A DNA stretch of 64,000 nucleotides. Origin: an uncultured delta proteobacterium. GTDB lineage: Bacteria; Myxococcota; Myxococcia; Myxococcales; Myxococcaceae. The stretch spans positions 128,001 through 192,000 of the forward strand of contig CAVYSY010000044.1 of the NCBI GenBank assembly GCA_963771175.1, in the 5' to 3' direction. This document shows, piece by piece, positions 10,080 through 19,899 of this stretch. Every line of letters begins with the position of its first letter. The first letter of the stretch is position 1. Position numbers and translations under genes: made by a program. The notes beneath the pieces were generated by a model that ran no database searches, was not told the DNA's origin, and worked only from the letters and a program-made list of their open reading frames with translations.

Positions 10080-10802
10080 ATGGAACACCAGGAACAGACG
10101 AGGCTCGTCGCGCGCATCGAGGAGGAACTCGAGCGCATGATTTCGCGTGAAGCAGTCCATCCGAGTGGGAGTCTGCCCTCGGAGGAGAAACTGGCGCGGA
10201 GCTATGGCGTGGCGAGGGGGACCATTCGAGAGGCAATGCTGCGTCTGTCCGCGCGCGGGCTTCTCGTCCAGCACCCGGGACGCAGGGCACGTGCGGTCGC
10301 CCTCGAGAGAGTCGTAACGCTCGAGAGTCTGGGCGTGGCACTCCACGACCTGGGAAGCGCGCGTCCTGAGAGGCGGCGCCTGCTGGAGGGGTACTTCGAG
10401 CTCAAGCGGGAGACGACGCTCGAGCTGCTGGCGCGCTGCTGCGAGCACGCGTCCCAGCAGGAGCTGGAGCGACTCGCGGATGCCTGCTTCGCGCTGCGTG
10501 ACGGCGCGCGCTGGGACGACGGCACCAGACGCTGGGTGGAGCAGGAGTTCGAGCTGCTGCGGCTGGCGGCCAGTGCGGCGAACCGCCCCGGGCACTACCT
10601 CCTCGTCCAGTCGCTGGAGCGGGCCTTCCGGGGGATGACCGGAGTCGTGCGGCCCCTGCTCGCCGCGGACGCGGTCCGCCAGTGGGCGGAGCGAGCGATT
10701 CCCTGGCTGACGGAGCGGGACGTGGAGGCACTGCGGCGCGAGCTGCCCCCGCTGCTGCTCGCCTGTGAGGAGCACGTCCTCGGGAGCCTCGGGTCGCGGT
10801 GA
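10080..10802 (+). CDS. GntR/FadR family transcriptional regulator
   Basis: LPSEEKLARSYGVARGTIREAM winged HTH; AGGAG SD. Confidence 0.88.
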   Translation: MEHQEQTRLVARIEEELERMISREAVHPSGSLPSEEKLARSYGVARGTIREAMLRLSARGLLVQHPGRRARAVALERVVTLESLGVALHDLGSARPERRRLLEGYFELKRETTLELLARCCEHASQQELERLADACFALRDGARWDDGTRRWVEQEFELLRLAASAANRPGHYLLVQSLERAFRGMTGVVRPLLAADAVRQWAERAIPWLTERDVEALRRELPPLLLACEEHVLGSLGSR

Positions 10803-10876
10803 GACGGGCCGGGAGGGTGCGAGGCGACCGCGCCACCACCCTCCCCGGCACGCGGGCCTCTGGTAGAGGGTGTCCC

Positions 10877-12178
10877 ATGAACAACTACGAGCCCTTCCTC
10901 TCGCTCGGCCTGGCGCTGGCGGCCGGCTTCCTCATCGGCCAGGAGCGGGAGTACTCGGCGCCGGACCCGCGCGAGGGCAAGGAGTCCTTCATCGGCGGCT
11001 CGCGCACCTACCCGCTGGTGTCGCTGGCGGGAGCGGCGTCGGCGCTGCTGGCGCGAGAGCTCGGCCCGTGGCTGATGCTGGTGTCGTTCGCCGCGGTGGT
11101 GGCACTGCTGGTGGTGTCCTATGCGGGCGACGTGAGGCAGGGGCGCTCGCACGGGCTCACCTCGGAGGCGGCGCTGCTGCTCAGCTTCCTGCTGGGCGCG
11201 CTCGCGCTGACGAAGGGGGTGCTGGAGCCTGCGCGGGTGAAGGTGCTGACGGTGGCGAGCCTCACGGTGGTGGCCACCACGCTGCTGTCCATGAAGCCGG
11301 CGCTGCATGACTTCATCGGCAAGCTGCAGCGGCGGGACGTGTCGGCCGGGGTGCGGCTCCTCTTCGTGGCGGTGGTGGTGGTGCCCCTGCTGCCGGAGGA
11401 GGCGTACGGGCCGTTCGGCGTGCTCAACCCGAGGCAGCTCGGCTGGCTGACGCTGCTCATCGCCGGCATCAGCTTCGCGGGCTACGTGGCCATCCAGGCG
11501 CTGGGCTCCCGGCGCGGGCTGGTGGTGACGGGGCTCATCGGCGGGCTGGTGTCCTCCACGGCGGTGACGCTGTCCTTCTCGGGACGCGCCAGGGGGGCTC
11601 CGCGCGAGCTGCGCCTGGGGTGCGCGCTGGCGGTGATGCTGGCCTCCTCGCTCATGTTCGCGCGGGTGATGGTGGAGGTGGCGGTGGTGCACCCGCCCCT
11701 GCTGCGGCTCGTGGCGGTGCCCATGGGAGCCATGGCGCTCACGCTGCTCCTGGCCAGCGCCCTCCTCTACCGCCAGACGCGCGAGGTGCGCGGCGAGGGC
11801 GCGCAGGTGGAGTTCTCCAACCCCTTCGCGCTCGGCTCGGCGCTCAAGTTCACCCTGCTCTTCGCGGGGGTGCTGCTGGGCTCGCGCGCGGCCACCGAGT
11901 ACCTCGGCAGCCGGGGCGCGTACCTCGCGGGCCTGCTGGCGGGGCTCACCGACGTGGACGCCATCACCCTCTCCATGGCGAAGCTGGCGCAGGGGGGCTC
12001 CGTGTCCGAGCAGGTGGCCGTCACCACCCTCTTCCTCGGCACGGCGGCCAACACCCTCACCAAGGGGGTGATGGCGGCGGTGGTGGGCGGGTGGAGCTTC
12101 GGCCGCCAGGTGCTGCTCACCTTCGGCGCCACGCTGGCCGTGGGCGCGGGGGCGCTCGCCGTGACGTACTGGTGGTGA
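10877..12178 (+). CDS. MgtC/SapB family, DUF4010-containing membrane protein
   Basis: GFLIGQERE, GSRTYPL, GLTSEAA, GGLVSSTAVT, GLTDVDAIT motifs. Confidence 0.88.
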   Translation: MNNYEPFLSLGLALAAGFLIGQEREYSAPDPREGKESFIGGSRTYPLVSLAGAASALLARELGPWLMLVSFAAVVALLVVSYAGDVRQGRSHGLTSEAALLLSFLLGALALTKGVLEPARVKVLTVASLTVVATTLLSMKPALHDFIGKLQRRDVSAGVRLLFVAVVVVPLLPEEAYGPFGVLNPRQLGWLTLLIAGISFAGYVAIQALGSRRGLVVTGLIGGLVSSTAVTLSFSGRARGAPRELRLGCALAVMLASSLMFARVMVEVAVVHPPLLRLVAVPMGAMALTLLLASALLYRQTREVRGEGAQVEFSNPFALGSALKFTLLFAGVLLGSRAATEYLGSRGAYLAGLLAGLTDVDAITLSMAKLAQGGSVSEQVAVTTLFLGTAANTLTKGVMAAVVGGWSFGRQVLLTFGATLAVGAGALAVTYWW

Positions 12179-12494
12179 GCCCGTCACGCACGCCCCTCCG
12201 AATACGAGCGGACAGTTGGCGTCGCGGAATCGAAAGCCACCCGACACTCAACCCGGACTTTCGACGGAGACCGCGTCCCCCCGCGACGGACGCGACATAA
12301 ACTTCCGGAAGCACTGAAGCCGCACCATCGGACGTACCCATTCGGCCCGAGAGGTTTCAACACGTCCACCAGCGAGCCGGCCGTCCGGGGGGAAGGGTCG
12401 ACGCACTGGTGCCAAGGGGGGATTCACCGGGCGCGCATCCGGGGGACATGGGGCCCCGGGTTGCCGCGCCCGGTGTCTTTGCGGGCTCCGGCGC

Positions 12495-13069
12495 TCAGCG
12501 AGGCGCCTGGTACTCGAGACCGCGGCAGGCCTCGGTGGCCAGGGACACCTCCTCCGGGGTGACGCCGGGGAAGGTGGCGCACAGGAAGAGGTCCTTCCCC
12601 AGGCGCCGGGCGCCGAAGAGCGCCGGGTACTGCGCCCCACGCCCCCATCCGCCAGCTTCGGCGCGAGCGTCACCCGGACGAGCGTGAAGTCCTCGCCTCC
12701 CTCCTCCAGCTCCAACGAGCGCTCGAAGCCCTCGAAGGTCTGCCCAGGGACTCGGCGAGGGCCTCGGCGGAGGGCAACTGCGCGCCCTGGCCGCTGCGCA
12801 GGTCCACCCGGAGCACCGGGTGCCCCGGAGGGCCGAACTGGAAGCTGCCATCCGGTGCCACCTGCGCCGTCCAGCCCGGAGGGCATGGGCACCTTCACGC
12901 CCATCCGCCGCGGGGGAGCCGGCCGCCCTTCCGGAACTTCCGCCTCCGGAGTGACGGTCGACTCCTCCTCGCTCGGCCGCGAGCGCTCCCCGCAACCGTC
13001 GCAGCCGGACGCCAGCATGGCGAGCGCCACCAGGGCGGCGCGGACATGCGGGCGCCCGGCGGCGCGCAC
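12495..13069 (-). CDS. Putative lipoprotein downstream of bacM (apparent frameshifts)
   Basis: Lipobox LASGC; continuation pieced across frames (GSFQFGPPGHPVLRVDLR...FLCATFPG); start overlaps the bacM stop. Confidence 0.6.
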
Positions 13070-13515
13070 TACTTCTTGCCCTCGCCACCCGGCGGCGGCG
13101 GGTTCTTCCCGAGGTTCTCCATCTTGCTGGTGCCCTCGAAGATGACGCCGCGGTCCATGGTGAGCGCGGGCGACTCGAGGTTGCCCTTCACGCGCGCCGG
13201 CGCATGCAGCTCGATGAGCTGCGTGGCCCGCACGTTGCCCTCCACGGTGCCGTTGATGATGACGGTGCCGGCGTTGATTTCCGCCTGCACGCGGGCCCCA
13301 TCACCGACGACGAGCACGTCCTTGGTGAAAATCTGGCCGTTGAACTTCCCGTCGATGCGAACCTGCCCCTCGAAGGTGAGCTTCCCCTCGAACTCGCTGC
13401 CCTTGCCCAGCAGCGTGTGAACCTCACCCGGACGCGTTGCCACCGATTCATCCTCCCGTCTGCCGCCTAGTAGCGGTACGTTGATTTTTTCGTCTTTCTT
13501 GCCGAGGAGCGCCAC
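13069..13515 (-). CDS. bacM: Bactofilin (polymer-forming cytoskeletal protein), BacM-like
   Basis: TLLGKGSEFEGKLTFEGQVRIDG beta-helix domain; position right after parB, as in Myxococcus xanthus. Confidence 0.88.
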   Translation of the reverse strand: MALLGKKDEKINVPLLGGRREDESVATRPGEVHTLLGKGSEFEGKLTFEGQVRIDGKFNGQIFTKDVLVVGDGARVQAEINAGTVIINGTVEGNVRATQLIELHAPARVKGNLESPALTMDRGVIFEGTSKMENLGKNPPPPGGEGKK

Positions 13516-13518
13516 GCG

Positions 13519-14430
13519 CTACTCCTTCCTGAGTACCTTCAGGATTCGATCGAGGTCATCGTACGAGAAGTAGTCGACCTCGATGGTGCCTTTTCCACTG
13601 CCCTTCTCCACCAGACGCACTTTGGTGCCCAGGGTGCGCTGCATCTCCTCCACCAGGGACTTCACCTGGGGGCTCTGCTTCTGCGGCCTGGCCGACTCCT
13701 TGGCCTTGGTGCCCTTGGCCTGCTGCACCAGCTTCTCGGTGTCGCGCACGCTGAGCTTGCGGGCCGCCACCTGCTGGGCCAGCTCCGTCATCTCGGGCAG
13801 GCGGGGCACGCCGAGCAGCGCGCGGGCGTGACCGGCGCTCAGCGCGCCCTCGCCCACCATGCGCTTCACGTCCTCGGGCAGGCCGAGCAGGCGCAGCGCA
13901 TTGGCCACCGTGGAGCGCTCCTTGCCGACGCGCTGGGCCACCTGCTCCTGGGTGAGGCCGAACTCCTCGACGAGGCGGTGATAGCCCTCGGCCTCTTCCA
14001 TGGGGTTGAGGTCCGCGCGCTGGAGGTTCTCCACCAGGGCGAGCTCGAAGGCCTCGACCTCCGTCACCTCGCGGATGATGGCCGGAATCTCGTGGAGGCC
14101 GGCGAGCTGCGAGGCGCGCCAGCGCCGCTCACCGGCGATGATTTTGTAGCCGTCCCCATCCTTGCGCACGAGCACCGGCATCAGGACGCCCTGCGCCTTG
14201 ATGGACTCGGTGAGCTCGCGCAGCTTCTCCTCGTCGAAGTGGCGGCGAGGCTGGAGGGTGTCGCGGTGGATGGCCTCGATGGGGAGCTTCGTCACGCCGT
14301 TCTTCGGCGGGGCGACGGGCTCGGGAGGAGCCACCACCGCCACCGCGGCTGCGGGAGGCGGAGCGGCCTGGGGGATGAGGGCGGAGAGGCCACGGCCCAA
14401 CGCCCGCTTCTGCTTGTCACCATTCACCAC
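13519..14430 (-). CDS. parB: Chromosome partitioning protein ParB
   Basis: RALGRGLSALIP, QPRRHF, IIAGERRWRA, ENLQRADLNPMEEA, HTH. Confidence 0.97.
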   Translation of the reverse strand: MVNGDKQKRALGRGLSALIPQAAPPPAAAVAVVAPPEPVAPPKNGVTKLPIEAIHRDTLQPRRHFDEEKLRELTESIKAQGVLMPVLVRKDGDGYKIIAGERRWRASQLAGLHEIPAIIREVTEVEAFELALVENLQRADLNPMEEAEGYHRLVEEFGLTQEQVAQRVGKERSTVANALRLLGLPEDVKRMVGEGALSAGHARALLGVPRLPEMTELAQQVAARKLSVRDTEKLVQQAKGTKAKESARPQKQSPQVKSLVEEMQRTLGTKVRLVEKGSGKGTIEVDYFSYDDLDRILKVLRKE

Positions 14431-14708
14431 TGCGTCGTCTCCGCCGGGGTACGCCCCCGGCCCGCTGCACCGTGACGAGAGGGCTCGTCCGGTCGGGTCC
14501 GGTGCTTCGCCGCCGCCGGGTGGACCCGCTGAACCGGCGTGCGGGCTCGAAGAGAGGAACTGCTCCGAGCCGTGTCCTACGGTTGCCGCCGGGTGGACTC
14601 CCCGGAGCCGGGTGCTTCGTCCGCGCCCACCTCCCTTGAGGATGCGGGCGGGGGAGGGCCTGCTCGGAGCCCGCCTATATAAGGATGCGGGCGGAGCGGG
14701 CTCGCGAG

Positions 14709-15509
14709 CTAGGCGACCTTGCGAGCGGGAGGCGGCTGGGACTCGCGCTGCATGATTTCGCGGCCGAGCGCCAGGTAGCTCTCACAGCCCTTGGACTTGA
14801 TGTCGTAGAGGATGATGGGCTTGCCGAAGGAGGGGCACTCGGACAGGCGCACGTTGCGCGGGACGACGGCCGTGAAGACCTGCTCCTTGAAGAAGCCGCG
14901 CACGTCGTCCACCACCTGGTGGGCGATGTTGGCCCGCGCGTCGAACATGGTGAGGAGAATCCCCTCCATCTTCAGCCCCGGGTTGAAGGCCTGCCGCACC
15001 AGGTCGATGGTGTGGTTGAGCTGGGAGAGGCCCTCGAGCGCGTAGTACTCGCACTGCAGCGGGATGAGCACCGAGTCCGCGGCGATCAGCGAGTTGAGCG
15101 TGAGCAGCCCGAGCGAGGGCGGGCAGTCGATGAGGATGTAGTCGTACTGCTCGGCCACGGGGCGGAGCGCGTCGCGGAGGCGGAACTCGCGGCGCTCCTG
15201 GCTGACGAGCTCGACCTCGGCGCCGGTGAGGTCCGGGGTGGCGGGGACGACCTGGAGGTAGCGCAGCTCGGTGGGGTGGATGAGCTCGCTGATGGGGCGA
15301 CCGCCGAGGAGCGCGTCATAGACGGTGCCCTGGAGCGACTCCCGCTTGAGCCCGAGCCCGCTGCCGGCATTCCCCTGGGGGTCCATGTCGACGAGGAGCA
15401 CCTTGCGCTCAGCGGAGGCGAGGCTCGCGGCGAGGTTGATGGCGGTGGTCGTCTTACCGACGCCGCCCTTCTGGTTGGAGATGCAGATGATTCGACCCAC
15501 GTGGCCCAT
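14709..15509 (-). CDS. parA: Chromosome partitioning ATPase ParA/Soj
   Basis: [11 protein letters not shown] deviant Walker [24 protein letters not shown]; start ATG 15509 or GTG 15500. Confidence 0.97.
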   Translation of the reverse strand: MGHVGRIICISNQKGGVGKTTTAINLAASLASAERKVLLVDMDPQGNAGSGLGLKRESLQGTVYDALLGGRPISELIHPTELRYLQVVPATPDLTGAEVELVSQERREFRLRDALRPVAEQYDYILIDCPPSLGLLTLNSLIAADSVLIPLQCEYYALEGLSQLNHTIDLVRQAFNPGLKMEGILLTMFDARANIAHQVVDDVRGFFKEQVFTAVVPRNVRLSECPSFGKPIILYDIKSKGCESYLALGREIMQRESQPPPARKVA

Positions 15510-15913
15510 CCTTGCGACGCCCCGGGAGTACCGGGGGCTCTGCGGGGGAGGCATGTACCGGACCCGCATTGATCCACCAAATCGGCGTCTGATCCAGTCC
15601 ACGACCGGATCAGACTTCTAGCTCGCCTGCCTGACATGCCTCCGGCGTGAGAACCCCGTCCGCCCGCGGGAGGATTCCCCCACTCCGGCCGGAAAAGAGA
15701 CGGAGAGAGGGGCACGGCGGGCCCGGAGGAGCGCCGGGAGCCGCATCCGTGCATCAAAGACTCGCACACGCACCAGACCCAGAGAGGACCAGCGACTGGA
15801 GGCGAGCACTGGCGGAAACACGCGCATCGGAGAACACGCCCCGAAAGACAGCCCCCGGCGAGGGGCTGGCCCGACCCCACCTGGATGACCGATCCACCGC
15901 CCCGCCCGATGGG

Positions 15914-18125
15914 CGTTCCACGTGGAACACGCACCGAGGGCCCGTCACCCGGCGGAGCGTCCGCCCCTGGCCGGTGCGGGCGGCCCTGGCGCGACTCATG
16001 AGGAACCCACGCGCCACCTGGGGGACACACCACGCTCCTGTTGGGCCCGCCCACGCGCCAGGAATGGGCCGGCACGTTCCACGTGGAACACGGCCGCTTC
16101 GACCAGGTCGTCTCCCTTCGCCCAGCGTGTTCCCGGAACCGACGACCGAGGCCAGCGGCCAGAACTCGCGAATACACCCTCCACCAGGACCCCCGCCTTC
16201 CGCCCCGATGGACTCTCCCCATGTGCCAGTGAGTGGGGACACGTTCCACGTGGAACACGGCCGCGCCGACCGCCTCCGCTCAGCCTCCCCCGACGCGCTC
16301 CCGGAACCGATGGCCGAGGCCAGGACAGAACTGGTGGGCCTCTCGTTCCGCCTGGGGCCCGCCTCCCGTCCTGAGGGATTCGCCCGTGAGCCGGGAAGCG
16401 GGGACGTGTTCCACGTGGAACAAGAACCGCCCGCCCTTCACCTCCGCTCCGAACATGCTCCGGAGCTGGCGGCCCGTGCCTCAACGCAGAACTGGCTGAA
16501 ACACGTTCCACGTGGAACACGCCCCCTGGCGCAGCCCCTGGTGAGGGGAATCGGGCGGCACGTTCCACGTGGAACAGGGATGCGAGGCTTCCACCACCGC
16601 CAGCACCCGCCCCCAGCCGACCGGGTTGGCTGCCCCATCGCCCTGGCGAGGACTGTTCCACGTGGAACACGCACGGTCAGACATGGCTCCACCACTCGCC
16701 GCTGTCCGCCGGTCCCCGACCGAGGCGCCCGCCCTGATGACAGGGATTGGGCGGCTCCTTCCCCCGCCGCTGACTGGCTCGAAGCCGACTCCCCCGCGCA
16801 CGTTCCACGTGGAACATCGCCCGCCGCACGCGCGACCCTCATTCCCTGCCAGGGACGAGCAGCCCCTCCTGTCTTGAATGACCGGGGAGGACAATCCCCA
16901 GGCACGTTCCACGTGGAACACATTCCGGTGGAAGGGGTCCCCCACCCCTCGCCTCGCAACGCACGCCTCCCAACCAGAAACCAAGCGGCCCTCCCCCTCC
17001 CCGCGAAGGGTCGAGGCACGAACCTCCCAGGTTTGTTCCACGTGGAACACAGGCCGGAGGGACGAGGTGCCAGTTCCACCCGCGTGGCCCTCTGCCAGGG
17101 ATGGAGTCGCCCTCCCCCTCCCACGAGAGGTCGAGGTGAAACACCTCCCAGGCACGTTTCACGTGGAACACGTTCCGGCGGGGCGAGTCGCCCGCCCCAC
17201 CGCCACTCCCACTTTCCGTTGCCAGGGATTGAGCCGCCCTCCCCTGCGCCGGGTTGCAGCGCGGACCACTCAGGCACGTTCCACGTGGAACACGCTCCGG
17301 CCGGAGGGCTCCCTTCATCGCGCCATGACTCCCCTCCTGGCGGGAAACGCGCCTCGCCTTCTGTTGCGGACGCAGGGGTCGAGGCGAAGAACCTCCCGGT
17401 CACGTTCCACGTGGAACACACGGGGTCGGACCCCGGCTCCGTTCCGCCCCGGAGCTCCGTCTCCCGCCCCCAGGCATCCGCCCACGCCACGCGGGGGGCG
17501 CGGAACGTTCCTCGGGTCAACGCCTCCCGGGCGTTCCGGGCGCTCCCAGCAGCACCGCCCCCAGGGCGCGGATGACCCGTTCAATTATCTCCGCGTAGTT
17601 CGCCAGATGCGGCCGCAGGTGCTTCATCAACTCCGTCTGGCTGTTGGAGAGCAATCTCTCGAAGTCCATGCCGCTATCGAGCTGGGTCTTGTATTGCCCC
17701 AGCAGCTCCGTGCGCATCCGCGCATCCAGGTCGCTCCCCGCCTTCAACGCCCCCAGGAAATTCAGCGCCGCATCGACAGCGCGGCCCGCTTCCTCTCCGA
17801 AGTACAAGCGGGCGAGCAGCGGCTGCATGAAGCCAGTTCCGGTGGGCCAGCCACGCCGTCAGCACGGAGCCGACGATGGCGAAACACGCGGTGATGTAGG
17901 GGGCGAGCGACTGCACGACCTGAAGCGCGTCCGTCCGCATCCCCCCGCCTCCTCACCGCCCGTGTCGCCCCCACGCTCCTTCCAGAACCGGGCGCTCGCA
18001 CCGCCTGTCTCGAAGAGAACCTCCGCTCCGCCCCGCACACCACTCGGGCGAAAACCCCAAGCTACTCAGCGGTCTCCACTCCCACCACGAGACCCTCGGG
18101 CCCTCTCGCTGTTCCACGTGGAACA
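15914..18125. promoter_or_regulatory. parS: parS centromere array: 14 sites (C/T)GTTCCACGTGGAACA
   Basis: Sites start at 15914, 16075, 16242, 16407, 16504, 16561, 16654, 16801, 16905, 17034, 17155 (GTTTC variant), 17277, 17403 and 18110; match the known parS consensus; directly upstream of parAB. Confidence 0.95.
17517..17940 (-). CDS. Hypothetical membrane-anchored protein inside the parS array (one apparent frameshift near 17830)
   Basis: GAGG SD, N-terminal TM segment in ORF 17674-17940 that continues into ORF 17517-17828. Confidence 0.55.
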
Positions 18126-18501
18126 CGACAGCCCGGACACGGTCTCACTCCCTCGGGGAAGTCACCGAGGAGGCTGGAGGGATTCCTCTACCGGTCGGAG
18201 CTCAACGAGCGGCTGGACATCGGATTCAACCGCTTCGTCTGGGGGCGCGAGGGCCGAACGTGGTGTTCGCTCCGCTCCGCGCTCGCCGCATGACTCGGAT
18301 GCGGGCGCGGGCCGCGCAAGGGCGAGGAGCTCCTTCTCGGGCTCAGGGTCCGCGAGCAGCCTGGAGCCAGACGCCTGGAGCGCTGGCCTTCCGCCTCGAG
18401 GACACCCCGCGCAACACCGGAGACCTGATTCGCTCGTACCGGGCGGGCGGGCAGCCTCATGTGCCCGTCCCGCTCTCGGGGAGAGGGGGCCTCGCTCGGG
18501 T

Positions 18502-18942
18502 TCAACCCGGGGTGTGCATCACCATCGGCCGGAAACCGAGCACGAGCTGATCTCCATCCTCCTCGATGAATCCCACCAGCACGGGCAACGCCGCGTAGAG
18601 GTCCTTGTACTCCTCGAAGAGGAGGAACCGTCCACCGACCTCGGGCGCCAGGGAGACCACCGTGCGCGACTCGCGCGGAACCAGCCGCACCTTGCCCGAG
18701 AGCTCGCCGCCCGCGGTGAAGAGCCGCAGTCCGAGGTCCATGAAGTCGGCGACTCCGTACTGGTAGCCCACCGAGGCCTCGGGTCCGACCTCGTCGGTGC
18801 CGTGGAGCTGCACGGTCCCTCGGATGTTCCAGCGGCTGTTGCCCGCGCCCAGGGTGTCGGCCGTCTGCAGCGCTCCCGCGGTGACGCAGCCCCACGATGA
18901 GAGACAGGAGCAGAGCAGGAGCAGGACTCGGAGTGGATGCAT
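18502..18942 (-). CDS. Hypothetical lipoprotein (3' end uncertain)
   Basis: [19 protein letters not shown] signal/lipobox followed by a beta-rich sequence. Confidence 0.55.
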   Translation of the reverse strand: MHPLRVLLLLCSCLSSWGCVTAGALQTADTLGAGNSRWNIRGTVQLHGTDEVGPEASVGYQYGVADFMDLGLRLFTAGGELSGKVRLVPRESRTVVSLAPEVGGRFLLFEEYKDLYAALPVLVGFIEEDGDQLVLGFRPMVMHTPG

Positions 18943-19149
18943 GAGAGTGAGAGGAGCCTCGAGTGCGGGTTGGAGGTGCATCGACGCGAAGCCTACGTGC
19001 CCCCAGCGCCTCTTCCGGAAAGAGGGTTGCCAGATGGAAGTGCTTCGCTGGCACCCTGCCCAGAAATAGAAAGAGGCGCCCGCCACGAAGCGAGCGCCTC
19101 TCTTGATGTCCGGGAGGAGTTCGGGGTCCTCCCCTCCCCTGCTCCCGCG

Positions 19150-19814
19150 TTACTCCGCCTTCGCGAACACGGCCACCTGCCGCTCCGCGCCCGAGAACGG
19201 CAGCCGGTAGGCGCGCGCGGACACGACGCTGCAGGCCCCGCTCCCCGGCCGCGCGCTCGCAGCTCGTCCTCGCCGGCGCCTTGCCCAGCATCGCCACCAC
19301 CCGGCCTCCCGGCGCCACGTAGGCCGGCGCCAGGTCCAGCCAGTCCGGCAGGTCCATGAAGGCGCGCGCAATCAGCACCGGTCCGCGCGCGGCAGACCCT
19401 CGGCCTCGGGCTTGCCCTCGGCGCGCGCGTGCACCGCCTCGCACCCCGTGAGCCCCAGCCGCCACGGCCACCGCCGCCTTGAGGAAGCCCACCTTCTTGC
19501 CCACCGCGTCCACCAGCGTCACCGCCAGCGACGGCTGCGCCATCTTCAGCGGCAGTCCCGGGAAGCCCGCTCCGGCGCCCAGGTCCAGCACGCGTCGCCG
19601 CGCCCTCCACCTCCGGCAGCACCGCCAGCGAGTCCAGGAAGTGCTTCTCCAGCACCTCCTCCGGCGCGGTAATCGCCGTCAGGTTCACCTTCGCGTTCCA
19701 CTTGAGCAGCTCGCCCATCAGCCGGAACAGCCGCGGCGGCACGTCCTCCGCCACCGTCACCCCCAGCGCCCGGCATCCCTGCTGAAGCTGATCGGCGAAG
19801 CGCGCGTTATCCAC
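19150..19814 (-). CDS. rsmG: 16S rRNA m7G527 methyltransferase RsmG (GidB), apparent frameshifts
   Basis: [55 protein letters not shown] spread over three frames. Confidence 0.9.
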
Positions 19815-19899
19815 AGCCGACCTCCTCTACCCGGGGTCTCAACCCCTCGGAATCACTCGCACCCAGGGGTGCCCCAGAGTTCTCCACACCTTGTCCACA
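19807..19899 (+). promoter_or_regulatory. Cluster of DnaA-box-like 9-mers
   Basis: TTATCCACA (19807-19815, perfect), TTCTCCACA (19880-19888), TTGTCCACA (19891-19899), all co-oriented. Confidence 0.55.

Noticed and set aside
15914..17418. CRISPR array (palindromic repeat with spacers)
   Set aside because: The repeat is the 16-bp parS consensus beside parAB, spacing varies from 57 to 167 bp, and no cas genes are present.
15647..17575. Repeat proteins with FHVEH/VPRGT/CSTWN motifs
   Set aside because: These are translations of the parS palindromes, not genes.
19807..19899. oriC itself
   Set aside because: Only three boxes, overlapping coding ends, with no AT-rich unwinding region and no dnaA in the window.
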